From positions 124,746,001 to 124,810,000 of the forward strand of contig NC_058368.1 in assembly GCF_018350175.1 (NCBI RefSeq): a stretch of DNA of 64,000 nt, written 5' to 3'. The notes under the pieces were generated by a model that had not been told where the DNA came from, made no database searches, and was given only the letters and a program-made list of their open reading frames with translations. Shown here in pieces: positions 50,396-62,420 of this stretch (its first letter is position 1; each line of letters begins with the position of its first letter). Source of the stretch: Felis catus (Eukaryota). Made by a program: the position numbers and the translations under genes.

Positions 50396-50660
50396 GAAAC
50401 TTAACAGAAACCCATGGGGGAGGGGAAGGAAAAAAAAAAAAAAAGAAAAGAGGTTAGAGTGGGAGAGAGCCAGAGCATAAGAGACCCTTAAAAATTGAGA
50501 ACAAACTGAGGGTTGATGGGGAGTGTGACGGAGGGGAGGGTGGGTGATGGGTATTGAGGAGGGCACTTTTGGTATGAGCACTCGGTGTTGTCTGGAAACC
50601 AATTTGACAACAAATTTCATATATTGAAAAAAAACAAGAAATAAAAAATAGCAGCACTAT

Positions 50661-51113
50661 CAACAATAGCCAAAGTATGGAAAGAGTCCAAATGTCCATC
50701 AGATGAACGGATAAAGAAGATGTGGCATATATAGACAATTCAGTATTACTTGGCAATCAAAAAGAATGAAATCTTGCCATTTGCAACTACATGGATGGAA
50801 CTGGAGGGTATTATGCTAAGTGAAATTAATCAGTCAGAGAAAGACAAAAATCATATGACTTCACTCATATGAGGACTTTATGAGACAAAACAGATGAACA
50901 TATGAGAAGGGAAACAAAAATAATACAAAAACTGGGAGGGGGCAAAACAGAAGAGACACATAAATATGGAGAACAAACTGAAGGTTACTGGAGGGGTTGT
51001 GGGAAGGGGGATGGGCTAAATGGGTAAGGGGCACTAAGGAATCTACTCCTGAAATCATTGTTGCACTATATGCTAACTAATTTGGATGTAATTTTTAAAA
51101 ATAAAAAATTTTT
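50661..51113 (+). mobile_element. 5'-truncated feline L1, right part (ORF2 end + 3'UTR)
   Basis: Resumes caacaatagccaaagtatgg exactly after the inner TSD; 3'UTR differs from the inner L1; closed by the outer TSD at 51114-51127. Confidence 0.95.
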
Positions 51114-51858
51114 AAAAATTGCAAACAAAAAAAATTCCTAAAAAAAGAAAAGTTTGAAAACTCACTGCTTCAATTCAATTTCTTCATGGTAAAGGCAAGG
51201 AACTGCAGGGCAGGGAGACTACATCAATTGCCCATTTCTCCTATCACCCTAATGTGCAGTTTCTGGGTCTGGGGTTATCACAGAGCTTCTTCTAAGGGGT
51301 CTAAGTCTAGAGGCTCAGAATGCCTGTCATTGTCCCCACAAGGCTCTTCAGTCCAACTTGCAAACTGACCCATTCCTCTCCCTCCTTCACCCACCATCCC
51401 CACCCACAGGCCAGCCCCCAGTATGTCTCCCTGCGGGTTTGCAGCCAAGGTCCTCCTTTGAGGACCCTTGGACAGATGCACATACTGCACATGCACACTT
51501 GCACCCTGTACCCTCTCTTGATCACATGTATATCTGGCTTGCCAATCCTAGGTAAACAATATCTAATATTTAATCTGTACCCTAAAACCTACTACATTTT
51601 GCATTTTACAGATGTTAAAAACCAAAATTAAGTTTATTAACTGCAAATATTAAATCCAATGCTCTACAGACACTTTTCAACCATCCTTCCAATAAAAAGT
51701 AGAGGTAGCAGTGTGAATTATAGACTTGTCACTCGTGAGGGGACAGTGTGTCTCTTCCTGAACTACTACTACTCTTTGAGCTGCACAGAATATATTGCTT
51801 TTATAATGGAGTTTTTAAAAAATATCTTTACTATCCCCTTCCTTTAAAAACAAAATCA

Positions 51859-52092
51859 GGAGCACCTGGGTAAAGCATCCCTGGGTAAAGATAGTAAAGC
51901 ATCCGACTCTATCTCAGCTCAGGCCATGATCTCTCGGTTCATGAGTTTGAGCCCCACTTCAAACTCTGTGCTGAGTGCAGAGCCTCCTTGGGATTCTCTC
52001 TTCCCTCTCTCTCTGCCCCTATTCCACCCACACTCTCTGTCTCCTGGATTAAATAAATAAACTTAAAATAAATGAAATAAAATAAAATAAAT
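51859..52092 (+). mobile_element. Can-SINE with rearranged 5' (A-box) region
   Basis: ggagcacctggg...tcagctcaggccatgatctc..ggttcatgagtttgagcccc...(AAAAT)n tail; aaaatcag on both flanks. Confidence 0.9.
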
Positions 52093-52289
52093 TTTAAAAA
52101 ATCAGTTGCTGAGACAATATCTAGCCAGAACTTTGTTTAGAAAGTAAAAGTATGATTTAAGAAATTCCATGAGACATTTGGGAAAGGCATCACAGGCAGA
52201 TATGAATAACAGCATGATTTTCAAAGTTTATAAAGCAGTCTATTTACTAGATTTCTCCAATTCAGGGGCATTCTTGGATTTTTTCCTAT

Positions 52290-53062
52290 TTAAAAACTTT
52301 ATTTGGGGCAGCAACTTTAGGCTTTCAGCAAAATGGAGACAAAGTCACCATTCCCACCTCCCCCCTATGCCCACATATCCACAGCTTTCCATATTACGGA
52401 CATCCCCCTCCAAAATGGTACACATCTGTTACAACCGATGAACCTCTGTTGATACATCATTATCATCCAAAATCCATGATTTACATTGTGGTCCACTCTT
52501 GGTGTTGTACATTCTATGGATCCAGAAAATGTGTAATGAGACGTATGATCGTTTTATCATTCAGAGTGTTTTCACTGCTCTAAAAATCCTCTGTGCTCTG
52601 CCTATTCATTTCTTCCCCCTTCTTCAGTGCCTGGAAATTACTGATCTTTTCACTGTCTTTATATTTTTGCCTTTCCCAGAATTCCATACAGTTGGAATCA
52701 TACAGTATGTAGCCTTCTCAGATTGGCTTCTTTCGCTTAGTTATATTAATTTCAGTTTCCTCCATGTCTTTTCATGGCTTGATATTTAATTCTTTTTAAT
52801 GCTGAATTATATTCTATTGTCTAGATGTGCCATGGTTTATTTATCCATTCACTTACTAAAGGATACCTTAGTTGCTTCCAACTTTGGGAAATTATGAATA
52901 AAGCTGCTATAAATGTCCACTTGCAGATTTTTGTGTGGATGTAAGTCAACTCCGTTGGGTAAACACCAAGGAGCATGACTGCTGAATTGTATGTTAAGAA
53001 TATATTCAGTTCTTAACGAAACCACCAAATTATCTTCCAGAGTGGCTGTACCTTTTTGCATT
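52290..53062 (-). mobile_element. L1MC-type 3' fragment
   Basis: tgttacaaccgatgaacct..ttgatacatcattatcatccaaa; ttggaatcatacagtatgtagcctt.tcagattggcttcttt; attatgaataaagctgctataaa. Confidence 0.9.
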
Positions 53063-55679
53063 GGACCAGAAATTTCAGACTTGACAAGGGAAAGGTAGAA
53101 AAGTGTATCTATGTCCCATTTGTAAGCAATTCTGAGATAATTCTCATAAAAATAAAATTATAAAAGAAGCCAAAAATCTAAGATAGCCTATACTACCAAG
53201 CAGAGCAAGAGAACAAAAGGGAAGAATAAGTAAAAATGTAAGAAACAAAAGAAAAATATTACATAAGGAAATCCAAATAAAAGGACAGAGTTCTTAACTC
53301 ACAAACAACTTCCCTCCAAATAACCTTGCTGTCATTCTCAAAGAAGCCCATATCCATGTAGGAGTTTTCCAGCCATGGAAAAATAAGAAAGAAGTATCAT
53401 TTCAAGAAGAACTAGCCATGGGGGAAAATGCTTTTGTCAGAAAAACAGCAATATGCCCAATCTCCCACCTTATCTGTAGGAGGCCAATGTACCCAAAACA
53501 CCTGAAGAAGTAAAAACCCTCTGTGTCATACTGATATTATGCCAGTAGCCTATAAAAGAAAGAAGGGTGATTATTTTTTTCTTTGAAACAATCCCATGTA
53601 CAAAGATTTGTTTTGCCTTCTGGTGTGCATCAACAGTGGCATGAACTCATTTAGCTAAAATTCCAGACCACATCACTTCTTTCCAACTCATTCCCCAAAA
53701 TTTGCTTTCTAGTCTTCTATCTGTGTTTAGGTGTACTCTACCCTTCATGGTGCTGCTCAAGCACAGCAGCCCACAGCAAGAGTCTCTGGTCTTTGAATTC
53801 CGAAGGCACCAGCCATGCATCGCTCATTCAGACTAAATTTCATAGAGCACTGCATAGGGGCTTAAACTGCATGGTTCCTTTCCCCACTCAGATTCTAAGG
53901 TCATGGAAGACAGATCTCTAGTACTTTCTTATCCATCCTCTATCACAGTGCTATACTCATAGGAGGTGCTCAAACCTTCCCGACGGGTTCATTCAATCCA
54001 TGCTGCCTTCCTCTCCAGAGCTCAAGATCGTCACCAGAAATAAACTCCCTTACACCATTACGCATCATGGCAGCCAAAGCTTCCCCTACTTCTGTGACTT
54101 CAGTGCCTTTTCTTTATTTTTCTTTAAGCAGATGATGGACATAAACTAAAAACAAATCCAGGTCAGCGAGTGTGTATTTATGGAAAACAATGGCTCTCTC
54201 CACTCCAGAATACAGTTCAGGTTACCACTGAATTTTAATATGCCATGATGGTAACCAAGTTCATAAATGGGTGATAAACATTGGCAGGATCACTGTGAAT
54301 AACATACAAATGCAGGGAACAGACTGAAGCTTTCATAGTAATTTGGAATTGGACTCTCAAAGATTTTAACAATACTGTTTGTTCTGCTATAATGGGGTAT
54401 GTAGATTCTTAAAAAGTAACCTGGTTTGTCAATAATTGTGATATTAAAAAAGTTGTTTCGGTGTAAGGGGAACATTTTTGGATTATTATGATAGCATTTC
54501 AGACATGATAACCAACAATAGAGGAATTTCAGTTATAAGTATATATTATCATAATATAAAATGTATAGATTCACCGATCAAAGTGGACAAAGCAAACCCA
54601 AATGTTTCATTCCATTAACTCAGGAATTTTGTAGTCTTTTCCAAATCCTTTGGCTTTTATTTTATGATTCAGTTTTCTGAGCCACTAATCTTAAAACAAA
54701 GAATAAAAAAGTAAAAACCAATCTTCAGAACAGCTCACCAAGAATACACACAGCAGCATATTCACAGGCTTTGCAAAGCTGTGACTTTTCTCCTCCTTCT
54801 TGGAGTCCTAGTCCTTCAGAAACTTATTGTGATCAAAAGGAGTTGCATAATGTAAAGGTGTTCCTTAATAGAACATCTCATATTTCTTCTCCATTATGAA
54901 AACTCCAAATGCAGGAAAAATGGTTGAACTCCAGGCTTAAAACTAAATTTGAATTTTCATATCAATCACTGACTTCCTAGGGCCATATCTATGATGTTTC
55001 TGCAAGGGGTTTACGGCCACAGAGACATTAAGTTTGCTCATTCCCAACCAGCCCCTGAGACTGACTTTTCCCCACCAATACAGAACAATGGTTACTGCCC
55101 AACAAACAAAACCAAAAACTCTGTAGAGAAATTCAGGTGCATCTTCTTAAGGTACAGTCTCCTCTCCATAGGGACAATGATTTTGGAGATGAGAAGAGGC
55201 CTGTAGCCATATCTTCAAGACAACTCTTCATGTCGTATTTCTCACTGAGGTATCATCAACAGTGAAAATCAACAGATTCTTAAGGAAACTGAGAATGAAA
55301 ATACGATAAAAAACAAATCATCTGGTTCTTCTACAGAATCAACCAAATCCATCCTGGATGAGTGGGTGAAAAGTCTTACTTCTATATCACCAATTAAGAC
55401 CACTAATCCCTTCCAGAACTGACATCAGTATGAGTTCACTGGGGACTTTGACTACAAAGCTTATACAAGTTTTCTGATAAACTCATTCAAAGTTTTTCTG
55501 AGGCTCTAATAAAGTCAAACTTGGATTCTAAGGGCTCTACCTAATGATACAGTCCATCCATAAAACATTTCAAGAAAGACTTCAAAAGCCTCATTTCACA
55601 GATGAGGAAACTAAGGCTTAAGAACATAAAGTTCCATTAATCTCAGGTAGATTTTTTGTTTTCCTGCTTCAGGATCTCT

Positions 55680-56002
55680 TCTGAAAGTGCAAGAGCCCAT
55701 TCAGCCCATATTCAAGATGGCTTCAAAGTCTTCAACCATTGGGGCATGGGAAATAGGAAAAATGTCTCAGCTTTCCAGCCTTCCAAAAAACAATTCCAGA
55801 GACATCCCAGATGCTTCTCAGAAAACCAGTATAATTGGGCTCCTGTTGCCCACAGCAATACACCCTTGTACTGGCTTTTTTCCCTTTCCTGTTACTCTCT
55901 CTCCATTACTTCACTCATACTTCTTAGGTTCATTTCCCAAATAAACTACTTACACCCAAGGTTTTCTCTCAGGCTTGTTTTTGGAGGAACTAAACTAAAA
56001 CA
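55680..56002 (+). mobile_element. ERVL LTR33-like remnant
   Basis: ctgttgcccacagc...ccctttcctg...cccaaataaactacttacacccaa...ctcaggct..tttggaggaactaaactaaaaca. Confidence 0.6.
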
Positions 56003-57342
56003 TCCCACCTTTGTGGCATGATTAACTGGACAGTTTCTTACAGCTCCTTCCTAATCTATTACTCGGTGGCTTTAAATCATACACAAAATTTCGAAAATCT
56101 TACACTCAGCCCTGAATGAAGTCCATCAAGGCAAACATTCCAGAAGAAGCTACTAATATGGTAGGAATGTTGAGACACAATCATGGGACAGTTCCCCCTT
56201 GTTACAATTTACCAGGATGTGAACAGCTGGATGTACATTTCCACCTAGATTTGGACAGAAGTGGCTGTTTATCTAGAAAGGCTCATTCTACTCACTAGTC
56301 TGTACAGAAGGCATGGCATAATTCTGTATTAAGTTATCCAGAAAGGCAGTTCTGGGGCTCATATTTTAATTGACATGTATCCAATACAGACAGATCTTAA
56401 AGCACAATTAACAGGTTCTCCTCATCCAAGTATAATTTTCTAAGGCCAAACCCGTACTAATTATCTGAGCCTGAGGGTATAACTATGGCCCTAGGGACAG
56501 TCTCCAGAAACCCCTAGGAGTAAGTATAAAGAAGGAGTAGGGACAGGATGAGAAGAGACACAAGATTCGACTAGTCCAGCCCTATCTTTTCACAGATGAG
56601 AAAAGGTAATTGCTCAGAAAATTGCTGACGTGTGCACAATGCCCCACAATTCAGTAAGAACTGGAAGGACAGCCTAGGCCTCCCCACCTTGTGCTGCCTC
56701 CTCCATGGAAAGCCAAATGTGGAAAATGCAGCCTAAAAAATTCTTCATAGTCCCTGTCTCCAGTTGCTCAAAATGGTATACCACCTTTTGCAAACATCAT
56801 AAAGACTCCCATCATGCCTGTGTGAATAGTAATAAAAAAGCTGGAGATCCTCAGAAATATTCCACGCTGTCAGTGGTAGAGATAACAGTTGTACAATAAT
56901 CAAAGATTTGCAGAGCTTTAGAACTAAAAGAAGTCTAGTTGATGGTTGTTCACAGTGAGGTGTCATTAATTTGGAAAAAACCATGTATTTCTAAGAACTG
57001 GCAAATGGCTTTTTTTTTTTTTTTTAGTTTCTCCAATACTTTCTTTTTCCAGAGAGCAATAACAATAATAATTAAGATTGTGTGATTACTATACTAACTG
57101 CTTTATGTGTATCATATATTCCTTATATTGTAGGTACAATTATCATCCCCTTTAGCTTCTATAAAGGTGCCATAAACTCAGAGTAATGACAACATTAAAA
57201 AAAAAATAACAATTTCTAGGTTTGCAATCCCCTACATAAAAAGACAATGTAAATATTCCTTTAGAGTTCTGTAACAATGTTGTTTTGGCTTACATTTTCA
57301 GTACATTGATCATTGTTGGGGAATATTACTTATCTACTTGTT

Positions 57343-57812
57343 TGTTGTGGTAAAATATACATAATATAAAATTTACCATCTTAACCATTTCTAAGAGTAC
57401 ATTTAAGTAGTGTTAAGTATATTTACATTGTTGTGCAAACCAATTCTAGAACTGCATCTTGGAAAAACTGAAACTCTGTACCCATTAAACACCTCTCTTC
57501 TTTCCCCTCCCCCAGCCCTTGGCAACAACTATTCTACTTTCTGTTCCTATGACTCTAACTACTTTAGATATCTCTTATAAACAGAGTCACACAGTATTTG
57601 TCTTTTTGTGACTGGCTTATTTCATGTAGCATAATGTCCTCAGGTTTATTCATGCTGTAGCCCAAGTCAGAATTTCTTTCCTGTTTAAGGTTGAACAATA
57701 TTCCATTTTGTGTATATACCATATTTTGTTAATCCATTCACCCATCAATAGACACTTGGGTTCCTTCTATCACTTGGCTACTGTGAATAATACCACTGTG
57801 AACGTGGGTATA
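57343..57812 (-). mobile_element. L1MB-type 3' fragment
   Basis: gtggtaaaatatacataatataaaatttaccatcttaaccattt; aaactgaaactctgtacccattaaac; tttttgtgactggcttatttca. Confidence 0.9.
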
Positions 57813-58099
57813 CTATCAAATTGCTATTTAAAATAAATTGATTATATTCAGTAGTGTTCCTTCCACCTCATAGTCTTAGATTCCTGTTCTTAAGAAAAGC
57901 TAACCTCAGTCCCTTTTATTCAGTTATTCACATTTGGGAATAAGCTTAGCCTATTGGCCAAAGAGTCATGGCCAAGTGTAGTCATTTATCTCAGCACAGA
58001 GGAAAAGGCAATATGCCTAGGAGGATAGGCTCACCAAAAGCTGGCCTTGGAAAACCCATTTCATGAAGTAGTGACAAAGTGACAAATTAGGGAAACCAT

Positions 58100-58345
58100 A
58101 TAAGCTTAGTAATTATAAACATGGGTCTGGGATCAGAATTTAGTTCTAGCACTTACTAGCTGTGTGATCTTGAGAAAGTTACTTAACCCTCTAAGCCTCA
58201 ACTCTTAATCTCTAAAAAAAGAGGTGATAATAATAGTTCTTACATCCTAAAGTCATAGTAAGGAACAAATGAAATAATCCATGTAAAGAATTTAGCATAG
58301 TGCCTGGCAGAGAGTTAAGTGTCCAATGGTTGTTAGCTTTTATTC
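58100..58345 (+). mobile_element. MIR
   Basis: cacttactagctgtgtgatcttgagaaagttacttaacc...aaatgaaataatccatgtaaag..tttagcatagtgcctggca. Confidence 0.85.
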
Positions 58346-59299
58346 TATGGTTATAGGTCACCAGTTCCAACTACCTCAATTACAAATCAGACCCAACAAG
58401 ATGAATGAGCACACACTCCTGCCATTCTAGGCAAAGAGCTCTGGGTATCCAGGCAGAGACCCCTTGTTTAACATGAAAACCACAGTGATAAGGGATTTAC
58501 CATCTTTTAATCATAAAAGTCTTGTTTATTTCAAACTTTGATTAAAAAATTATATCACTTAACCTAAGGTTGACCCTTTTCAGCCTTACATGCTGAAAAA
58601 CAAGAGTTAAGAAATGGGAAGTGAAAATGTTAAAACATAAAATCTGAGCAAAATCAAGTAAACATCACAGATGTGTTTCTGCTAAGAAAATTCCTGACTC
58701 TGTAAGTATCTTAAATCATCAAAAATAATTTGATTTTCTACTGCTTTGCGATTAAATGTGGGCCATCACAGCCATCACACAAAGACCACTACATTTTAAA
58801 TAAGGATCCGTCAATGTTGGCCTCTTAACAGGCTATTTATCTCTTACCTCAGCATTTCTGCTTTTGCAATACTGATTTACTTAGAGTTTAACACCTTTGG
58901 GCAGTTTAAAGCTTCAAGGCAACTTGGGGGCTGGCCACATTCAGATAGAATGCAGAACTGTCAGCCTGCCCACCAAACACTTGCCCTTCAAACACCCTGC
59001 CACTGAACAACTTCCAGTCCCAGAAAAAGGCCTCCTAGCTCCAGTGTCCTCTCTAAGCCTCTGGACCATAGCACCGGTCAAGTACACCATACGTTTCCTC
59101 TAGCAGTCTTGGACAATTTAAAGAACCTACATGGCCCTCCTCCTTTGATCAGACATAGTCCACAATATCTAGGGTTCACAATGCAAAGCAGAATTAACAA
59201 TTTTCCTTTCATATCATGCCACCCTGCTTTGCTCCTGCTCACTGTTGATACACTCAACCCAAGAACCACCCTGCATATGAGTGGGAAGCAATGCTGGCT

Positions 59300-59460
59300 A
59301 TGCATCATAATCACCAGATCACTTTTTATAAAACTGTGGATGCCTACATGTCACTCCAGAGCACCTGAAACTGAAGTTCTGAGGATAGAGTACAGAGTTC
59401 AGCAGTTCTTGGGAGCTCTGCAGGTGACTCTGATGTATAGTGAAGTTGAGAACCTCTGCT
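59300..59460. mobile_element. MER5-like hAT MITE remnant
   Basis: aatcacc...caggtgactctgatgta...agttgagaacctctg terminal motif. Confidence 0.55.
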
Positions 59461-60139
59461 GTAACCAAAACAGGAAGTCGGAAGTCAGAGCACATTGTCA
59501 GGCACTGAACTCCAAGTAGGCCTTGCTCAAGATGAAGGATGAAGGTTGGCAGAATCCTTCAGCCACACCAAAGATTCCAATTAGTAACCCCAATTCACTA
59601 CTAAAAAGGAAAGAGGTCCTTCCTCAGCACACCTAGAAATCAAACCTGCAAAACCATTTCTACCTGGGGCTACTGAGTGTCGGCTCCCCCACTCTAGCCA
59701 ACATCACACCCTGAGTGCTCATCTTATCTGGCTGAACTGTGCTCCTAGCCTTTCTGCAGAGACTATACCTGCACAACTCAACTACATTGCAAAGTAAGCA
59801 AAGTTGGACAGAACCCTATACAGTCAGGGCTCCACAGGAGATCTCAGGGGCCACCAGCAGCATTCCCTATAAGCAGCAGGATCAGTAAATGTGAAACTGT
59901 CAAGACCCAGAAAGCAGGCAGACCACGAGCTATGTGTCATCAACAACAGATAGAGGCACACGTGCTGAGGGTATTCAATAGCAGGACTGAAAACAGAAGA
60001 ACATGCAAGTGGCCTGTCCCTGTACAGTCAGAGCTTCAGACAGAGAACCAAGGCAGAGACTGAATATAGAAGCAGGGCAGAGAAGCAGTGTGGCATAATA
60101 CAAATGAACCCTGGCTCTGATTATGATTTGGAGCAAGGG

Positions 60140-60174
60140 AAAACAAAACAAAACAAAACAAAACAAAACAAAAC
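60140..60174. repeat. (AAAAC)7 microsatellite
   Basis: Read directly. Confidence 0.95.
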
Positions 60175-62244
60175 GGCAGCCTCAGTACAAATAGCTGGTG
60201 CTCAATCAAATGTTAGCCATACTATTATGAGATAAAGAAGTAGTTCCCAGGATCTAAACAGAGGTTTAGTCAAAAGGAAATAAGGCAAAAAGGCCAGTTA
60301 CACATCAGAGCAGGCCCAACAGAACTTAGAAACCAGTTCACCATGCAACAATGAACCAGAACTCTTGGTTCTAGTTTCTTTATAACAACAGGCTTACCTC
60401 CAGAGTCTTGGGCAAACTGGGCAGCTGTGGCCTTAGCTGCAAAGGTTAGAGGCCTGGAGGCTGAGGGCGCCAAGCCAACTACTACACTGATTGGCCTGGC
60501 ACAGGTTCAAAGTCAAGTTCATCCCTGGGATTCAAAGGGTCCACTTTCCTTGCACTCAACAGGTTCTTCCCAGTGTGGCACTTACTTCAAAAATTACTTT
60601 TTTTTTTTTTAATAACTCCTGGTATTTTTTACCTCCAGTTTCAGGTCCCCATTCTTCCTCTGGCCAGTGGCTTTCCACCTGTTCTCTACCCTCAGTCACT
60701 TTGTTTTCTCTCATACTTCCCCTGTTTTATTTAGTCTCCCCTCCAGCCTTCACTCTAGGCGGAGTCCCCAGAGTCCAAAAGAAGTCTTTCTTCCCCACCC
60801 TTTCTCCCCTACCCCATCAGGTCTCCACACTCTGCCCACCACCAATCAGCAAGGGTCTTATTAGCCTCTAATCCATCCCATAAAGCCTTCATTTAAGAAT
60901 TCTCATACATATTTTCATGTTAATATCACCCACCATCTTCCCTGGAAAGTTCCCATTAGCTTTTCCTCAAACACTGAAAATACAGTAAGACTTCACATTA
61001 ACATCTTACCACGGAAACCTCTGTCCTGTTGGCATTTCAGCTCACTCTCAATAGGGGGAAGGGAAGCATCTGACCATACCCTGAAAAGAAACCAAATGGA
61101 GAAGCAGATAAAGAGGGACATTTCTCTAAATGTGTTTGTTTCTGATCTTCCCTCCCCAACCCCACCCCCATAAAGCTGATAAACTCATCAGATTGGACCA
61201 ACACTCATGAAATTCTGTTGCTGTTTCTCACTGCAGCAAAGAGATATTTGGAATCTGTTTCCAGCACAGAAAACATTATTTGTTGCCTTCCAGGGCCAAA
61301 GTTTAAACTTTAACCCTATCCAGACATTTTATAAACTCAGTTATAGATTAGTTACAGATCTATCATAAGAGGAATCAAGGGCATGAAGCCATCCACAGGC
61401 ATCAGTGTGGCTAAAGATCAACATGCCCAAGTGGCAGGGCCTGGTAGAAGAAGGCCAAGATGTAATTATCCATTTGGCAGAAAGTAATCCTATCTGTGCC
61501 TACAGGGTACTATCTTCTGCTTATTTGCTGCACTTGTGCAGAGGAACTGAGGGAGAAAATTGAATGATGATATTGTGGTTAGCTGCACTGTCAGGTTAGC
61601 CAGTACTGGAAAAACATTCCTATTTTATAAAGATACCAACTCTTCGACTATTTTCAGGGATGTCAGGAATAATCTCTTTAACTGCTTCATGCTAGAGATG
61701 AAGATATTGAGATCTTGAGAAGTAAATGGACCCACCAACAGTCACCAGAACAGAACAGGAAGTGGCTTCCCCCTTCCTGTACTGTATCCATTGCACCACA
61801 CTATTCCATCAACATCTCCATCTCGGCTATTTACAAAATGCATTTTTTAAATGTAAACATATGACAGGCACTGAAATGTAAGAATGGATTTTTCCTTTGA
61901 AATGTATTTGTATTGTCATAATATTTTTACAACATACATACCTGAATTATTCTTAGAGAATGATAAAGTACTAAGGATAAAACAAGTCATTTTGTTGCAG
62001 AAAAGAAAAAAAGAAGTCGAGTGGGATGGAAAAAATCAAGATGAGAAGTTTAAATAGTACTGAGATTGAGTACAAGATCGAGGAGGGAAGAATTGGGCTG
62101 AAAAAGGACATCCATGGAAGGATATGAGAGATCAGGACAGAAGAAACACCCCAGAGAATCCTGAGAAAGTACTGTGAATGACAAACCGTGAGAATTCTTA
62201 AAGTCAGAGATGGAAAGGACAATGGGGAAATGACTTCTGTTAAG

Positions 62245-62420
62245 CAGGTGGTTTACATATTCTCCATTCAATCCTCACAAAAATCCCATGAGAGGTTATT
62301 ATTACACCCATCTTACAGATGAGAAACTATGTCTCAAAGAAGTTAACCTGCCTATAGTCAAAAAACTAAAATGTAATAAAGCTAAGATCCTTTTCAGGAT
62401 TGACACCAAAATCCATCTAA
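62245..62420 (-). mobile_element. MIR fragment
   Basis: cattcaatcctcacaa..atcccatgagagg..attatta..cccatcttacagatgagaaact. Confidence 0.8.

Larger units (their letters stand above)
44482..50647 (+). mobile_element. Full-length feline LINE-1 (L1_Fc-like), inactivated
   Basis: GC-rich 5'UTR, ORF1, ORF2, G-rich 3'UTR and A-rich tail; perfect 13-bp TSD atagcagcactat (44469-44481 / 50648-50660). Confidence 0.98.

Noticed and set aside
59109..59519. 136-aa ORF
   Set aside because: Non-ATG start, runs through a MER5-like remnant, no recognisable homology.
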